From contig CAZLQI010000004.1 in NCBI GenBank assembly GCA_964561765.1, positions 121,585 through 185,584 of the forward strand: 64,000 nt of DNA, in the 5' to 3' direction. Below are positions 21,687-32,003 of this stretch, piece by piece. Position numbers and translations under genes: made by a program. The stretch comes from an uncultured Chromatiales bacterium (GTDB lineage Bacteria; Pseudomonadota; Gammaproteobacteria; DATFLL01). The notes beneath the pieces are model-generated. The model did no database searches. It had not been told where the DNA came from and was given only the letters and a program-made list of their open reading frames with translations. Positions within the stretch are counted from its first letter, which is position 1, and every line of letters begins with the position of its first letter.

Positions 21687-22733
21687 TTAGCTGGATTTCA
21701 TCATGGCTAACATCTTTGCACGATCCGGGCTCTCTACCACACCCTGTTCCGTAACAAGGGCATCGATGAGGCCAGCCGGGGTGATGTCAAAGGCGGGGTT
21801 GCAGGCCTGCGCACCCGGGGGTGCAACACGCTGTCCGGACAAGCTGAGCACCTCCTCGGCGGGACGCTGTTCGATGGGAATGGCACGACCCGCATCGAGG
21901 GCCAGGTCCACCGTGGAGGTGGGTGCCACGACCATGAATTTCACGCCATGGTAGCGGGCGGCCACGGCCAGTGCATAGGTGCCGATTTTATTGGCTACAT
22001 CGCCGTTTGCCGCGATGCGATCCGCGCCGACAATCACCCACTGCACCTCACCGCACTGCATGAGATGCGCTGCGGCACTGTCGACATTGAGCGTCACCGG
22101 AATGTCGTCCTGAGCGAGTTCCCAGGCGGTGAGCCGCGCTCCCTGCAACCAAGGCCGAGTCTCATCGGCATAGACCCGTGCCAGGCGGCCCTGACCATAG
22201 GCGCTGCGGATCACACCCAGCGCCGTGCCATACCCGCCGGTCGCCAGTGAGCCGGTATTGCAGTGGGTCAGCACACCGCTACCGGGGGCAATCAGATTTG
22301 CCCCCAGCGCACCCATGTGTCGGTTGGCGGCCACGTCCTCGGCATGGATGCGCTGAGCCTCTGCCAGCAAGACCGGCTCGGGATCATCGCCTCCCTCCGG
22401 CAGACAGGCACGCATGCAATCCAGCGCCCAGAACAGATTTACCGCCGTGGGCCGCGAGGCAGCCAACACAGCGAAGTCCGCCTCGATCGCCGCACGCCAG
22501 AGTTTACCCGATTCGGCATAACGACGCCGTGCGCCAAGCGCGACGCCGTAAGCGGCACTGATACCGATGGCTGGCGCTCCACGTACGACCATATCGTGGA
22601 TCGCCGCTGCGACACCGGCGCTATCGTCATATTCCAAGTATTCGGTCACGGCGGGCAGGCGGCGCTGATCAAGCAGGCGCAGGCGACCCGGGCGCCACTC
22701 GATGGCACGCACCGTATCACGTGTTTGTATCAT
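21687..22733 (-). CDS. mtnA: Methylthioribose-1-phosphate isomerase
   Basis: [45 protein letters not shown]. Confidence 0.97.
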   Translation of the reverse strand: MIQTRDTVRAIEWRPGRLRLLDQRRLPAVTEYLEYDDSAGVAAAIHDMVVRGAPAIGISAAYGVALGARRRYAESGKLWRAAIEADFAVLAASRPTAVNLFWALDCMRACLPEGGDDPEPVLLAEAQRIHAEDVAANRHMGALGANLIAPGSGVLTHCNTGSLATGGYGTALGVIRSAYGQGRLARVYADETRPWLQGARLTAWELAQDDIPVTLNVDSAAAHLMQCGEVQWVIVGADRIAANGDVANKIGTYALAVAARYHGVKFMVVAPTSTVDLALDAGRAIPIEQRPAEEVLSLSGQRVAPPGAQACNPAFDITPAGLIDALVTEQGVVESPDRAKMLAMMKSS

Positions 22734-23038
22734 TGTATTCTGGGAACCATGGTCGGATTGAATATTACGGTCCTGAGCGGATCACGTCGATACCATCACC
22801 ACTCGCACAGTGACGGCGTGAAACACCGCCCGCCAGTAGCGCCCGGATAGTCAGACCGGTAAAGCCATGTGGAGAACGGGTGCGGCGCGTCGTACGATAC
22901 ACAGCGTGCGCCTTGAGGTCCAGCCTGCACACATCATAGTCCAGGCCCACGCGGTGGCCAGGCACACTAATCCACTCGCACGGACAGACCCGCGCAGGCT
23001 TGAGTATACTACGTCGACTTTAGCCACAACGAACCGCT

Positions 23039-24364
23039 ATGCAACGTATCGACACCCTGCTGCACGCCCATTGGGTCATTCCGGTCGAACCGACCGGTGA
23101 CGTACTCGAACATACCGCCATTGCGCTACACAACGGTCACATCCTCGAACTGCTGCCGAGTTCGGTGGCGCGGGAAAAATATCAGGCTGAGCTCAATACG
23201 GAACTCGACCGCCATGTCCTGCTGCCGGGACTGATCAATGCCCACGGCCATGCCGCTATGAGTCTGATGCGGGGTCTGGCCGACGATATGGCGTTGATGG
23301 AATGGCTCAACCAGCACATCTGGCCCACCGAACAACGCTGGGTCAGCGCCGAGTTTGTCTTGGAAGGCAGCCGCCTGGCCTGCGCCGAGATGCTGCGCGG
23401 CGGCACCACCTGTTTCAATGACATGTACTACTTTCCCGACCAGGCCGCCCGGGCCGCCGCGCAGGCCGGCATGCGCGCCGTGGTCGGCCTCATCGTGATC
23501 GATTTCCCCACGGTGTGGGCCCAGGATGTCGAGACGTATCTGCACAAGGGTCTTGCCCTGCACGATGAGCTAAAGAACAACACCCTGATCACCACCGCCT
23601 TTGCCCCGCATGCCCCGTACACGGTCTCCGATGCCCCCCTGGAGAGGATCCGTATGTACGCCGAGGAACTGGACATCCCCGTGCACATACACCTCCACGA
23701 GACCGCCCATGAGGTGGACGAGGCCGTGCGCCAGGATGGCCAGCGCCCCCTGGCCCGCCTCGACGCCCTCGGCCTGCTCGGCCCGCATCTCGTCGGTGTG
23801 CACATGACCCAGATCAGTGAGGCTGAAATCGCCCGCTACGCCGAGGCCGGCGCCCATGTGGTGCACTGCCCGGAGTCCAATCTGAAACTGGCCAGCGGTT
23901 TCTGTCCCCTCGCGGCCCTGGAGGAGGCCGGGGTCAATATTGCCATCGGTACCGACGGTGCGGCCAGCAACAACGACTTAGACATGTTCAGCGAGATGCG
24001 CACCGCCGCCCTACTCGCCAAGGCCGTCGCCGGTGATCCCCGGGTCATCCCCGCACAGACCGCGCTACGCATGGCCACCCTGGGCGGTGCCCGCGCCCTG
24101 GGTCTGGACGGGATCACCGGCTCTCTGCTCCCCGGCAAGGCCGCAGATATCATCGCCGTCGACCTCGGTGATATCGAGACCCAGCCGGTCTATCATCCCC
24201 TCTCGCAGCTCGTCTATGCCACGGGCCGCGACAAGGTCACCGATGTCTGGGTTGCCGGGCGCCAGGTATTAAAAGACCGCACTCTGACCACGCTGGATGT
24301 CGAGGAACTGCGTGACAGCGCTCACCGCTGGCAGCAGCGCCTGCGGGAAAATCACTCACCGTGA
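23039..24364 (+). CDS. mtaD: TRZ/ATZ amidohydrolase (MTA/SAH deaminase-like)
   Basis: [37 protein letters not shown]; divergent from mtnA. Confidence 0.85.
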   Translation: MQRIDTLLHAHWVIPVEPTGDVLEHTAIALHNGHILELLPSSVAREKYQAELNTELDRHVLLPGLINAHGHAAMSLMRGLADDMALMEWLNQHIWPTEQRWVSAEFVLEGSRLACAEMLRGGTTCFNDMYYFPDQAARAAAQAGMRAVVGLIVIDFPTVWAQDVETYLHKGLALHDELKNNTLITTAFAPHAPYTVSDAPLERIRMYAEELDIPVHIHLHETAHEVDEAVRQDGQRPLARLDALGLLGPHLVGVHMTQISEAEIARYAEAGAHVVHCPESNLKLASGFCPLAALEEAGVNIAIGTDGAASNNDLDMFSEMRTAALLAKAVAGDPRVIPAQTALRMATLGGARALGLDGITGSLLPGKAADIIAVDLGDIETQPVYHPLSQLVYATGRDKVTDVWVAGRQVLKDRTLTTLDVEELRDSAHRWQQRLRENHSP

Positions 24365-24429
24365 TCCCGAGGGGGGACAGACATCCCGACATTGGCTACA
24401 TAGCGCAAATCCCGCTATCATTCACCCCT

Positions 24430-25140
24430 ATGAACGAGACTCATCACAACGTCGATCACGCCGAGATTGCCAAGTTTGAGGCTCTCGCCTCGCGCTGGTG
24501 GGATCCGGACAGTGAATTCAAGCCCCTGCACGATATCAACCCCCTGCGCCTGGACTACATCGACCAACGGGCCAGTCTGGCAGGTAAGCGCGTGTTGGAC
24601 ATCGGCTGTGGTGGCGGCATCCTCAGTGAATCTATGGCCACACGCGGCGCACAGGTCACCGGCATCGACATGGGCGAGGCACCGTTGACCGTCGCCAAGC
24701 TCCACCGTCACGAGTCCGGCGTCGATGTCGATTATCGCCGCGTCACCGCCGAGGTACTGGCCGCCGAAGCCCCTGGGCAGTTCGACGTGGTCACCTGCAT
24801 GGAAATGCTCGAACATGTACCGGCCCCAGCGTCGATCATTGCCGCCTGCGCCCGGCTCGTCAAACCCGGCGGGCCGGTGTTTTTCTCCACCATCAACCGC
24901 AATCCCAAGGCCTATCTGCTCGCCATCATCGGTGCCGAATACCTGCTGCGCATGCTGCCCAAGGGCACCCATGACTACGCCCGGTTCCTGCGCCCCTCGG
25001 AAATCGAGGCCTGGGCGCGCCACGCTGGACTAGCGATACGGGATCTGACCGGCATGAGCTACAACCCACTGAACCGACGCTACCGTCTTGGGACCGACAC
25101 CGATGTGAACTATCTGATGCACTGCGTGCGTGACGCCTGA
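24430..25140 (+). CDS. ubiG: Ubiquinone biosynthesis O-methyltransferase
   Basis: [13 protein letters not shown]...[27 protein letters not shown]. Confidence 0.97.
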   Translation: MNETHHNVDHAEIAKFEALASRWWDPDSEFKPLHDINPLRLDYIDQRASLAGKRVLDIGCGGGILSESMATRGAQVTGIDMGEAPLTVAKLHRHESGVDVDYRRVTAEVLAAEAPGQFDVVTCMEMLEHVPAPASIIAACARLVKPGGPVFFSTINRNPKAYLLAIIGAEYLLRMLPKGTHDYARFLRPSEIEAWARHAGLAIRDLTGMSYNPLNRRYRLGTDTDVNYLMHCVRDA

Positions 25141-25909
25141 GTCACACGAGCGCTACGGCCCACGATATATGGCATCCCCCCCCCACCGTCCACATCCCAC
25201 GGCACACAGACCCACGCCGGCACGCGATGTTCTCGGCCAATCATCGATACGCGCCGTGCTCTTTGACCTCGACGGCACCCTGGCCGACACCGCCCCGGAC
25301 CTGGCATATGCGCTCAATACCGTGTTGCAGGAACAGGGCCGGGCGGCGCTGTCCCTTGAACAGATTCGCCCGGCCGTCTCTCACGGCGCCCAGGCCCTGA
25401 TCACGCTCGGCTTTGACCTGTCCATCGGGCAGCCCAACTACGCCCACCTGCGCCAACGCTTGCTCGATGTCTATCGGGCCAACCTCGCCTTACACACCCG
25501 CCTGTTTCCCGGCATGACCGAAGTCCTCTCGGCCCTGGAGCAGGCCGGACTGACCTGGGGTGTCGTCACCAACAAACCCGCCTGGCTGACCAACCCCCTG
25601 CTCAGCGCCTTGGGTCTCATGCAACGCGCTGCCTGCGTGGTCAGCGGCGACACCTTGAGCGAGCGCAAACCACACCCCGCGCCGATGTTCCATGCCTGCC
25701 ATGAGGTGGGCTGCACGCCGCTCGAATGCGTCTACCTGGGCGATGCCGAACGCGATATTCGGGCCGGACACGCCGCCGGCATGCCCAGTCTGGTCGCACG
25801 TTTCGGTTACATCGGTGCACACGAACACCCCGAGCACTGGGGCGCCGATGCCCTGCTCGACCACCCCGACGAACTGCTCGACTGGCTCGCCGCCCGACAC
25901 GCAGGCTAA
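25130..25909 (+). CDS. mupP: HAD phosphatase (Gph/MupP family); start uncertain (25130 GTG or 25169 ATG)
   Basis: [28 protein letters not shown]; directly downstream of ubiG. Confidence 0.8.
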   Translation: MTPESHERYGPRYMASPPHRPHPTAHRPTPARDVLGQSSIRAVLFDLDGTLADTAPDLAYALNTVLQEQGRAALSLEQIRPAVSHGAQALITLGFDLSIGQPNYAHLRQRLLDVYRANLALHTRLFPGMTEVLSALEQAGLTWGVVTNKPAWLTNPLLSALGLMQRAACVVSGDTLSERKPHPAPMFHACHEVGCTPLECVYLGDAERDIRAGHAAGMPSLVARFGYIGAHEHPEHWGADALLDHPDELLDWLAARHAG

Positions 25910-25954
25910 GCGCCCCACCGACACCCGACACACACAGCCCCCCCTGGATCGTTA

Positions 25955-27238
25955 ATGCCTTTACCTACCCTACAAGACCTCGACCTCGCCCTGGGACTGA
26001 CCGCTCTGGTTGCCGGCACACTCGGTTACCTCCTTGCCCATCTGCGCCAGCAGCGCCGACTCGCCACACTGCGTGAGGAACAGGCCGCCCTGCGCGCCAC
26101 CCTGGAAGGCGAACGTCGCGCCACCGCATCACAGCTCGATGGCCTGCGCCAGGCCCGTGACCAGTTGGCCGAGACCTTCAGCGCCCTGTCCAGTCAGGCA
26201 TTGAGGCACAACAACGAGGAATTTCTCAAACTTGCCCAGGAAAATCTCAAACAATTCCACGTCCAGGCGCAGGGCGAGCTGGCCCAGCGTGAACAGGCGA
26301 TAGAGCATCTGGTCAAGCCCATCCGCGAGGCCCTTGGCAAGACCGAGCAACAAATTCACGACATCGAAAAAGACCGCAAGGAGGCCTACGGTGCCCTGCA
26401 CAAACACCTCGAGTCCATGGCTCGAGCCCAGGAGAACCTGCAGGGCGAGACCCGCAACCTGGTCCAGGCCTTGCGTCGCCCGCAGGTGCGTGGGCGTTGG
26501 GGCGAGATGACCCTGCGCCGGCTGGTCGAGCTGGCGGGGCTGGTCGAGCACTGCGACTTTGACGAACAGACCCATGTGCGTACCGATGACGGTGCCGTGC
26601 GTCCCGACATGGTGGTACGCATGCCCGACGGTCGCCAGGTCGTCGTGGATGTGAAGACCCCGCTGGACGCCTATCTCGACGCCATGGAGGCCACTGACGA
26701 GACACAACGCCAACGAGGACTGGAACGCCATGCCCGCAACCTGCGTGAGCGTGTCAAGGAGCTGGCAGGCAAGGCCTACTGGCGCCAGTTTGATCACACC
26801 CCTGACTTCGTCGTGCTGTTCATCCCGGGTGAGCATTTCCTCAGTGCGGCGATGGAACAGGACCGTGACCTGCTCGAGTATGCCCTACGCCAAAAGGTCA
26901 TCCTGGCCACCCCAACGAGTTTCGTCGCCCTGCTGCGCGCCGTCGCCTACGGCTGGCGCCAGGAACAACTGGCCAAGAATGCCGAGGAGATACGCAAGGA
27001 CGGTGAGGAACTCTACTCCCGCCTGGCCACCTTCACCGAGCACCTCTCACGTTTAGGTAACAGTCTCGGCAGCAGCATCGATCACTACAACAAGGCTGTG
27101 GGTTCCTTCGACACCCGGGTGTTACCCAGTGCCCGGCGCCTCGCTGAACTCGGCATCGAGGCCAAGAAAGACATCAAGGCGTTGGAGCAGGTAGAAAAGG
27201 GGGCACGTCGTGTGGAAGGGAGCGGTGACGGTGAATGA
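25955..27238 (+). CDS. rmuC: DNA recombination protein RmuC
   Basis: TM plus coiled coil, RGRWGEMTL, RPDMVV, VDVKTP, DFVVLFIPGE, ATPT. Confidence 0.95.
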   Translation: MPLPTLQDLDLALGLTALVAGTLGYLLAHLRQQRRLATLREEQAALRATLEGERRATASQLDGLRQARDQLAETFSALSSQALRHNNEEFLKLAQENLKQFHVQAQGELAQREQAIEHLVKPIREALGKTEQQIHDIEKDRKEAYGALHKHLESMARAQENLQGETRNLVQALRRPQVRGRWGEMTLRRLVELAGLVEHCDFDEQTHVRTDDGAVRPDMVVRMPDGRQVVVDVKTPLDAYLDAMEATDETQRQRGLERHARNLRERVKELAGKAYWRQFDHTPDFVVLFIPGEHFLSAAMEQDRDLLEYALRQKVILATPTSFVALLRAVAYGWRQEQLAKNAEEIRKDGEELYSRLATFTEHLSRLGNSLGSSIDHYNKAVGSFDTRVLPSARRLAELGIEAKKDIKALEQVEKGARRVEGSGDGE

Positions 27239-27297
27239 CGGGCATGGGCGCACGACAACAGAGTGCGCCGCCATCCGCAACCGGTATCGCGAACGAC

Positions 27298-27522
27298 TCA
27301 ATGTCGTTTTATCGAATTCTGCAAGACCTTGCCGCCCTGCTCCAGGACCTGGCCACTCTTTTCCATGATGCGCTCACCCGTCTGCTTCAGCCGCGCCCGA
27401 ACCCCGACTTCAGTAAACGGGTTGCTGTAAATCATTCGATTCTTGCCGATATTGACTCCGAACCATAGTCCCAGAAGCAGGCCGATCACCAGACCCACAA
27501 ACAGGTTTTTTATGCTTTTCAT
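27298..27522 (-). CDS. Small membrane protein of unknown function (74 aa)
   Basis: MKSIKNLFVGLVIGLLLGLWFGVNIG TM followed by an amphipathic helix; fills the rmuC-hpnC gap. Confidence 0.7.
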   Translation of the reverse strand: MKSIKNLFVGLVIGLLLGLWFGVNIGKNRMIYSNPFTEVGVRARLKQTGERIMEKSGQVLEQGGKVLQNSIKRH

Positions 27523-27570
27523 ACCATCACTCCATCGCAAAACGCTACGCCCAACCCTAGCACAAAGCAC

Positions 27571-28437
27571 ATGAGCGAACAGCGCCTGCGTCGCGCCTAT
27601 GCCGACTGTCTGGCACTGGCACGTCAGCATTACGAAAATTTTCCCGTCGCCTCGCGCCTGCTACCACGCCGACTGCGCCAGCCGATCACCGTCATCTACA
27701 CCTTTGCCCGCCGGGCCGATGATATTGCCGATGAGGGTAAGCTGGCGCCAGCGGCGCGCCTGGACCAACTCGATGACTATGCACGCCAACTCGATGCCAT
27801 AGCCGCTGGCGAGCCCGTCGATGATCCACTCTTCATCGCCCTGGCCGATGTCATCCGCCGTCACACCCTGCCCCTCGCACCGTTTCACGACCTCCTGCAC
27901 GCCTTTCGCATGGATGTCACCCATCTTCGCTACGCCAACTTCGGCGAGGTCATGGACTACTGCCGCCATTCCGCCAATCCTGTAGGCCACCTGTTGCTGC
28001 ACCTGTATGGCGCTGCCACACCACGCAACCTCGCACACTCAGACGCCGTGTGCAGCGCCCTGCAACTCATCAATTTTCTGCAAGACATTCGCCAGGACTA
28101 CACAGAAAACGATCGCATCTACCTGCCACAAGACGAGATGGCCCGCTACGGTGTCAGCGAAGAGGACATTCGCCAGGGCCGTACCACCCCGGCCATGCGC
28201 CTATTCATGGACGCCCAGATCGAGCGGGCACGGCGCCTGATGCGCTCCGGCTCCCCGCTGGGCGTGACATTGCACGGGCGTTTCGCCCTGGAACTGCGAC
28301 TCATCATCATGGGGGGGACACGCGTGTTGCAAAAGCTCCACGGCATCGGTGACGATGCCTTTTCCCGTCCCCGGCTCACGACACGCGATTGGGGGTGGGT
28401 GGTCTGGCGTGCGTTTACGGCCGGATTTCGGCGCTAA
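27571..28437 (+). CDS. hpnC: Hydroxysqualene synthase
   Basis: HYENFPVAS, ADDIADEG, YCRHSANPVG, LQLINFLQD. Confidence 0.95.
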   Translation: MSEQRLRRAYADCLALARQHYENFPVASRLLPRRLRQPITVIYTFARRADDIADEGKLAPAARLDQLDDYARQLDAIAAGEPVDDPLFIALADVIRRHTLPLAPFHDLLHAFRMDVTHLRYANFGEVMDYCRHSANPVGHLLLHLYGAATPRNLAHSDAVCSALQLINFLQDIRQDYTENDRIYLPQDEMARYGVSEEDIRQGRTTPAMRLFMDAQIERARRLMRSGSPLGVTLHGRFALELRLIIMGGTRVLQKLHGIGDDAFSRPRLTTRDWGWVVWRAFTAGFRR

Positions 28438-28533
28438 ACGCTACGTGACAGGCACACCAGCCGGGTTTGCGCTATGATGATCTGCTTCGTCACTCGCCCG
28501 TAGCGCCAAGCAAGGCCGGGCACAGACACCGCC

Positions 28534-29436
28534 ATGAAAAACTCATTGCCCCAGGCCATGACCCCCGACGACTATTGCCAGGACAAGGCCGCACATAGCG
28601 GCTCAAGCTTCTACTACAGTTTCCTGTTCCTGTCCCAGGCGCAGCGTCAGGCCATTACCGCCCTGTATGCCTTTTGTCGTGAGATCGACGACATCGTCGA
28701 TGATGATGGCACCCATACCAGCGTCGCTCGGGTCAATCTACAGTGGTGGCGCGAGGAGATCACCCGGCTGTTTACCGCGCAACCCCGCCACCCGGTCTCC
28801 CGCGCTCTCGCCAGCGCACTGGAGCGGTTCGCCCTTGCCGAGGAACTGTTCCAGGAGATCATCGACGGCATGCAAATGGACCTCGATCAGACCCGTTACG
28901 ACAGTTTCAAGGAGTTGGCCCTGTACTGCCACCGTGTCGCTGGTGTCGTCGGCCAGCTCTCCGCAACGATCTTCGGCTACGAGGACCAACGCACCCTCCA
29001 GTTCGCCCATAAACTGGGCATGGCCTTCCAGCTCACTAACATCTTGCGCGATGTCCGCGAAGACGCCCAGCGCGGGCGCATCTATCTGCCACGAGAGGAC
29101 CTGGTCCGCTTCAACCTCGATGAACCTGCACTCCTGCACTTCAAGACCGATGCACCTCTGCGCGCACTGTTTGCCTTCCAGGCCGAGCGTGCATTTGAGT
29201 ACTACCAGCAGGCCGAGACACTGTTGCCCGAACAGGATCGCTATCGCCAGCGTAGCGCCCTGATCATGACTGCCGTCTATCGCACCACCTTGCAGAAAAT
29301 CGTCAATAACGACTTTCGGGTACTCGAACAACGCATTGCCCTCACACCACTGCGCAAGCTGTGGATTGCCTGGACCACGGCGCGCCGCGAGCGTCGGCGC
29401 TACCGACGACGGCAAAAACACACGCAATCAGGATGA
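28534..29436 (+). CDS. hpnD: Presqualene diphosphate synthase
   Basis: SGSSFYYSFLFL, CREIDDIVD, AFQLTNILRDV. Confidence 0.95.
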   Translation: MKNSLPQAMTPDDYCQDKAAHSGSSFYYSFLFLSQAQRQAITALYAFCREIDDIVDDDGTHTSVARVNLQWWREEITRLFTAQPRHPVSRALASALERFALAEELFQEIIDGMQMDLDQTRYDSFKELALYCHRVAGVVGQLSATIFGYEDQRTLQFAHKLGMAFQLTNILRDVREDAQRGRIYLPREDLVRFNLDEPALLHFKTDAPLRALFAFQAERAFEYYQQAETLLPEQDRYRQRSALIMTAVYRTTLQKIVNNDFRVLEQRIALTPLRKLWIAWTTARRERRRYRRRQKHTQSG

Positions 29437-30758
29437 ATCGCGCGACGCATCGGGTCATCGTGGTCGGCGGTGGCTGGGCCGGGCTCAGTGCTGCCTGCAC
29501 TCTGGCCCGCCAAGGCTATGCGGTCACCCTGTTCGAGGCCGCGCGCCAGCTCGGTGGGCGCGCCCGGCGTGTCCGCTTCGACCAACAGGCGATCGACAAT
29601 GGCCAGCACCTGCTCACCGGTGCCTACCACGATACCCTCGCCCTGCTGCACACCCTCGGTGTCAATACCAGCGAGTACCTGTGCCGCGAGGCGCTGAGCC
29701 TGCGGTTGCGTGCACGTAACGGTGACGATTTCACCCTGCGTGCCCCACACCTGCCCGCCCCCCTGCACATACTCACCGCCCTGCTGGGCAGCCGCGGCCT
29801 CTCGTTGCGTGATCGCATCCGCGCCGCCGGTATGTGCCTGCGCCTGGCCAGGAGCGGATTTCGTCTCGATACCGATATCAGTGTACAAGCACTGCTGGCG
29901 CGCCACGGACAGGGCGCGCGGCCCTGTGAGGTGTTGTGGCACCCGCTGTGTCTGGCGATCATGAACATCCCGCCCGCCAGGGCTTCAGCTGAGGTCTTTC
30001 TGACGGTATTACACGACAGTTTCGCCCACCGTCGGAGAGATACGGATCTGCTGTTTCCCACGACCGATCTCGGGCACCTGCTGGCCGATCCCGCCCGCAA
30101 AACACTGGAACGACTGGGGGCCACCGTGCACCTGGGTCAGCGCGTGAGTGCACTGGAGATCGATGCATCGGGGGTACGCGGCATCATTGCCGACAAACAG
30201 CATCATGCCGCCCGTCACGTGGTCCTGGCCCTGCCCCCGCACGCCTGCCTGCCACTGCTCGCGCCCCACCCGGCACTGCATACGATCGCCGAACAACTCA
30301 CCCACTTTCGCTATGAACCGATTTGCACCATCTATCTCCAGTACCCCACCTCGGTCCGCTTGGCACAGACCATGACTGGGCTGCTGGGCACGACCGTGCA
30401 CTGGCTCATCGATCGCCGCATCTGCGCCCAGCCCGGACTGATCGCCGCCGTTATCAGCGCAGGAGGGCCGCATATGCGCCTCGACAACAGCGCACTGATT
30501 GCACGTGTACACGATGACATCGCGCACCATTTTCCCGACTGGCCCGCTCCACTCAGCACACGGATTATCCGGGAAAAACGCGCTACCTTCGCCTGCGAGG
30601 TCGGCATCAATCGCGACCGGCCGCTGGCGACCACCGCCGTACGCGGTTGCTGGCTCGCCGGCGACCATACTCGTACCGGCTACCCCGCAACACTCGAAGG
30701 TGCAGTACGAAGTGGGCTACAATGCGCACGCCATATTATGGCCGCAAACTCCGATTGA
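29433..30758 (+). CDS. hpnE: Hydroxysqualene dehydroxylase
   Basis: VGGGWAGLSAA, GGRAR, DNGQHLL, AGD..., YPATLEGAVRSG; ATGA overlap with hpnD. Confidence 0.93.
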   Translation: MNRATHRVIVVGGGWAGLSAACTLARQGYAVTLFEAARQLGGRARRVRFDQQAIDNGQHLLTGAYHDTLALLHTLGVNTSEYLCREALSLRLRARNGDDFTLRAPHLPAPLHILTALLGSRGLSLRDRIRAAGMCLRLARSGFRLDTDISVQALLARHGQGARPCEVLWHPLCLAIMNIPPARASAEVFLTVLHDSFAHRRRDTDLLFPTTDLGHLLADPARKTLERLGATVHLGQRVSALEIDASGVRGIIADKQHHAARHVVLALPPHACLPLLAPHPALHTIAEQLTHFRYEPICTIYLQYPTSVRLAQTMTGLLGTTVHWLIDRRICAQPGLIAAVISAGGPHMRLDNSALIARVHDDIAHHFPDWPAPLSTRIIREKRATFACEVGINRDRPLATTAVRGCWLAGDHTRTGYPATLEGAVRSGLQCARHIMAANSD

Positions 30759-30824
30759 GCCCGGCGAGCCACCTGTACCGGTCCATCGACGTCACACCTT
30801 ATGCCGTAAGAGGAACCCTGCGTT

Positions 30825-31565
30825 ATGAAGGATTACCAAGCCACCCCCGATCTGCTCAAGGATCGTGTCATCCTGGTCACTGGTGCCGGTGACGGCATCG
30901 GCGCCGCCGCCGCGTGCAGCTTTGCCGCTCACGGCGCCACCGTTGTGCTGCTGGGACGCACCGTACGTAAACTGGAGCACGTCTACGACACCATCGAGGC
31001 CGCCGAGGGACCCCAGCCGGGCATCTATCCGATGAACTTGGAAGGCGCCCGGTTCAAGGATTATGCGGATATGGCCCAGACCCTGGAGCGCGAATTCGGT
31101 CACCTCGACGGCCTGCTGCACAATGCCGCCCTGGCTGGCACCCGTACTCCCGCACACCTCTATGATCTGGAAATGTGGATCAAGGTCATGCAGGTCAACC
31201 TGAACGCCTCCTTCTTGATGACCCGTGCCTGCCTGCCCATACTGAAACAGTCCCCCGATGCCTCTGTCGTCTTCACCACCGCCGAGGTGGGCCGGCATGG
31301 CCGAGCCTACTGGGGCGCCTATGGCATATCCAATGCCGCCATTGAAAACATGATGCAAATCTTTGCCGACGAATACGAAAACGAGCCGAATATCCGTTTC
31401 AACAGCATCGACCCCGGTGCAGTGCGTACCGCCATGCGCCTGCGCCTGTATCCAGGCGAAGACATGAACATCCACCCCACCCCTGATGCCATCATGGGCA
31501 CCTATCTCTATCTGATGGGATCAGACAGTCACGGACACACCGGACAGCAACTCAACGCTCAGTAA
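30825..31565 (+). CDS. yciK: YciK-family short-chain oxidoreductase
   Basis: VTGAGDGIG, LLHNAA, YWGAYGISN, NSIDPGAVRTAMR. Confidence 0.9.
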   Translation: MKDYQATPDLLKDRVILVTGAGDGIGAAAACSFAAHGATVVLLGRTVRKLEHVYDTIEAAEGPQPGIYPMNLEGARFKDYADMAQTLEREFGHLDGLLHNAALAGTRTPAHLYDLEMWIKVMQVNLNASFLMTRACLPILKQSPDASVVFTTAEVGRHGRAYWGAYGISNAAIENMMQIFADEYENEPNIRFNSIDPGAVRTAMRLRLYPGEDMNIHPTPDAIMGTYLYLMGSDSHGHTGQQLNAQ

Positions 31566-31596
31566 ATGCCCTCGACATATCAACTTCTGTATCCCG

Positions 31597-31765
31597 GAAA
31601 CGCGCCGCTGGCGCGCCAGGCACCGAGTACCCAGTGTACGCCCCGGTAGACCCTCATGGCCTGAGCAGATGGTTCAAGATCGGCGAATAGTCATGTCAGG
31701 GGAGGACCTTGATACTGCCATGAACCTGGCGGACGGCGGCTCAGGGTTGCAGGGGGAACCCTGAT
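31597..31765 (-). ncRNA. Candidate structured non-coding RNA, 6S-like
   Basis: Nested complementary segments, CCCUGAGCCG and CUUGAACC motifs, an upstream TAAACT and a downstream GC hairpin plus UUU (see findings). Confidence 0.5.
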
Positions 31766-31939
31766 GAGTTTACGTCATTCTGACCATCAAGAAGCTACTG
31801 CCATGGCGTTGTCAGAGCCTCGTCCTTTGCCGTTATTTACCGCAAACGGCAAGACATTTATTTGACACTCTTGTCTCTTGATAAATTACTTAAAGTATAA
31901 CATGTTGTTATTTAACATTATTCATATGTTATCTAACCA

Positions 31940-31955
31940 TGGCATGAAAATCGCA
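31940..31955 (+). promoter_or_regulatory. Sigma54 (-24/-12) promoter
   Basis: TGGCATG-AAAA-TCGCA matches TGGCACG-N4-TTGCW with exact GG/GC spacing, 49 nt before the GGDEF start. Confidence 0.6.
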
Positions 31956-32003
31956 TTCAGATATTACATCATACTTTGAACAACAGAAAACGGGATTCGA
32001 TAC

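Noticed and set aside
31640-31860. c-di-GMP-I/II, SAH, yybP or hammerhead riboswitch before the GGDEF gene
   Set aside because: The conserved cores (GGCAAAC/GACGCAAAG, GAGGAGCG, GGGGAGUAG...GAGACC, CUGANGA...GAAA) are not found in the right order.
31910-31937. dif-like site (ATTTAACATTA resembles the XerD arm)
   Set aside because: The XerC arm does not match; explained by the AT-rich promoter.
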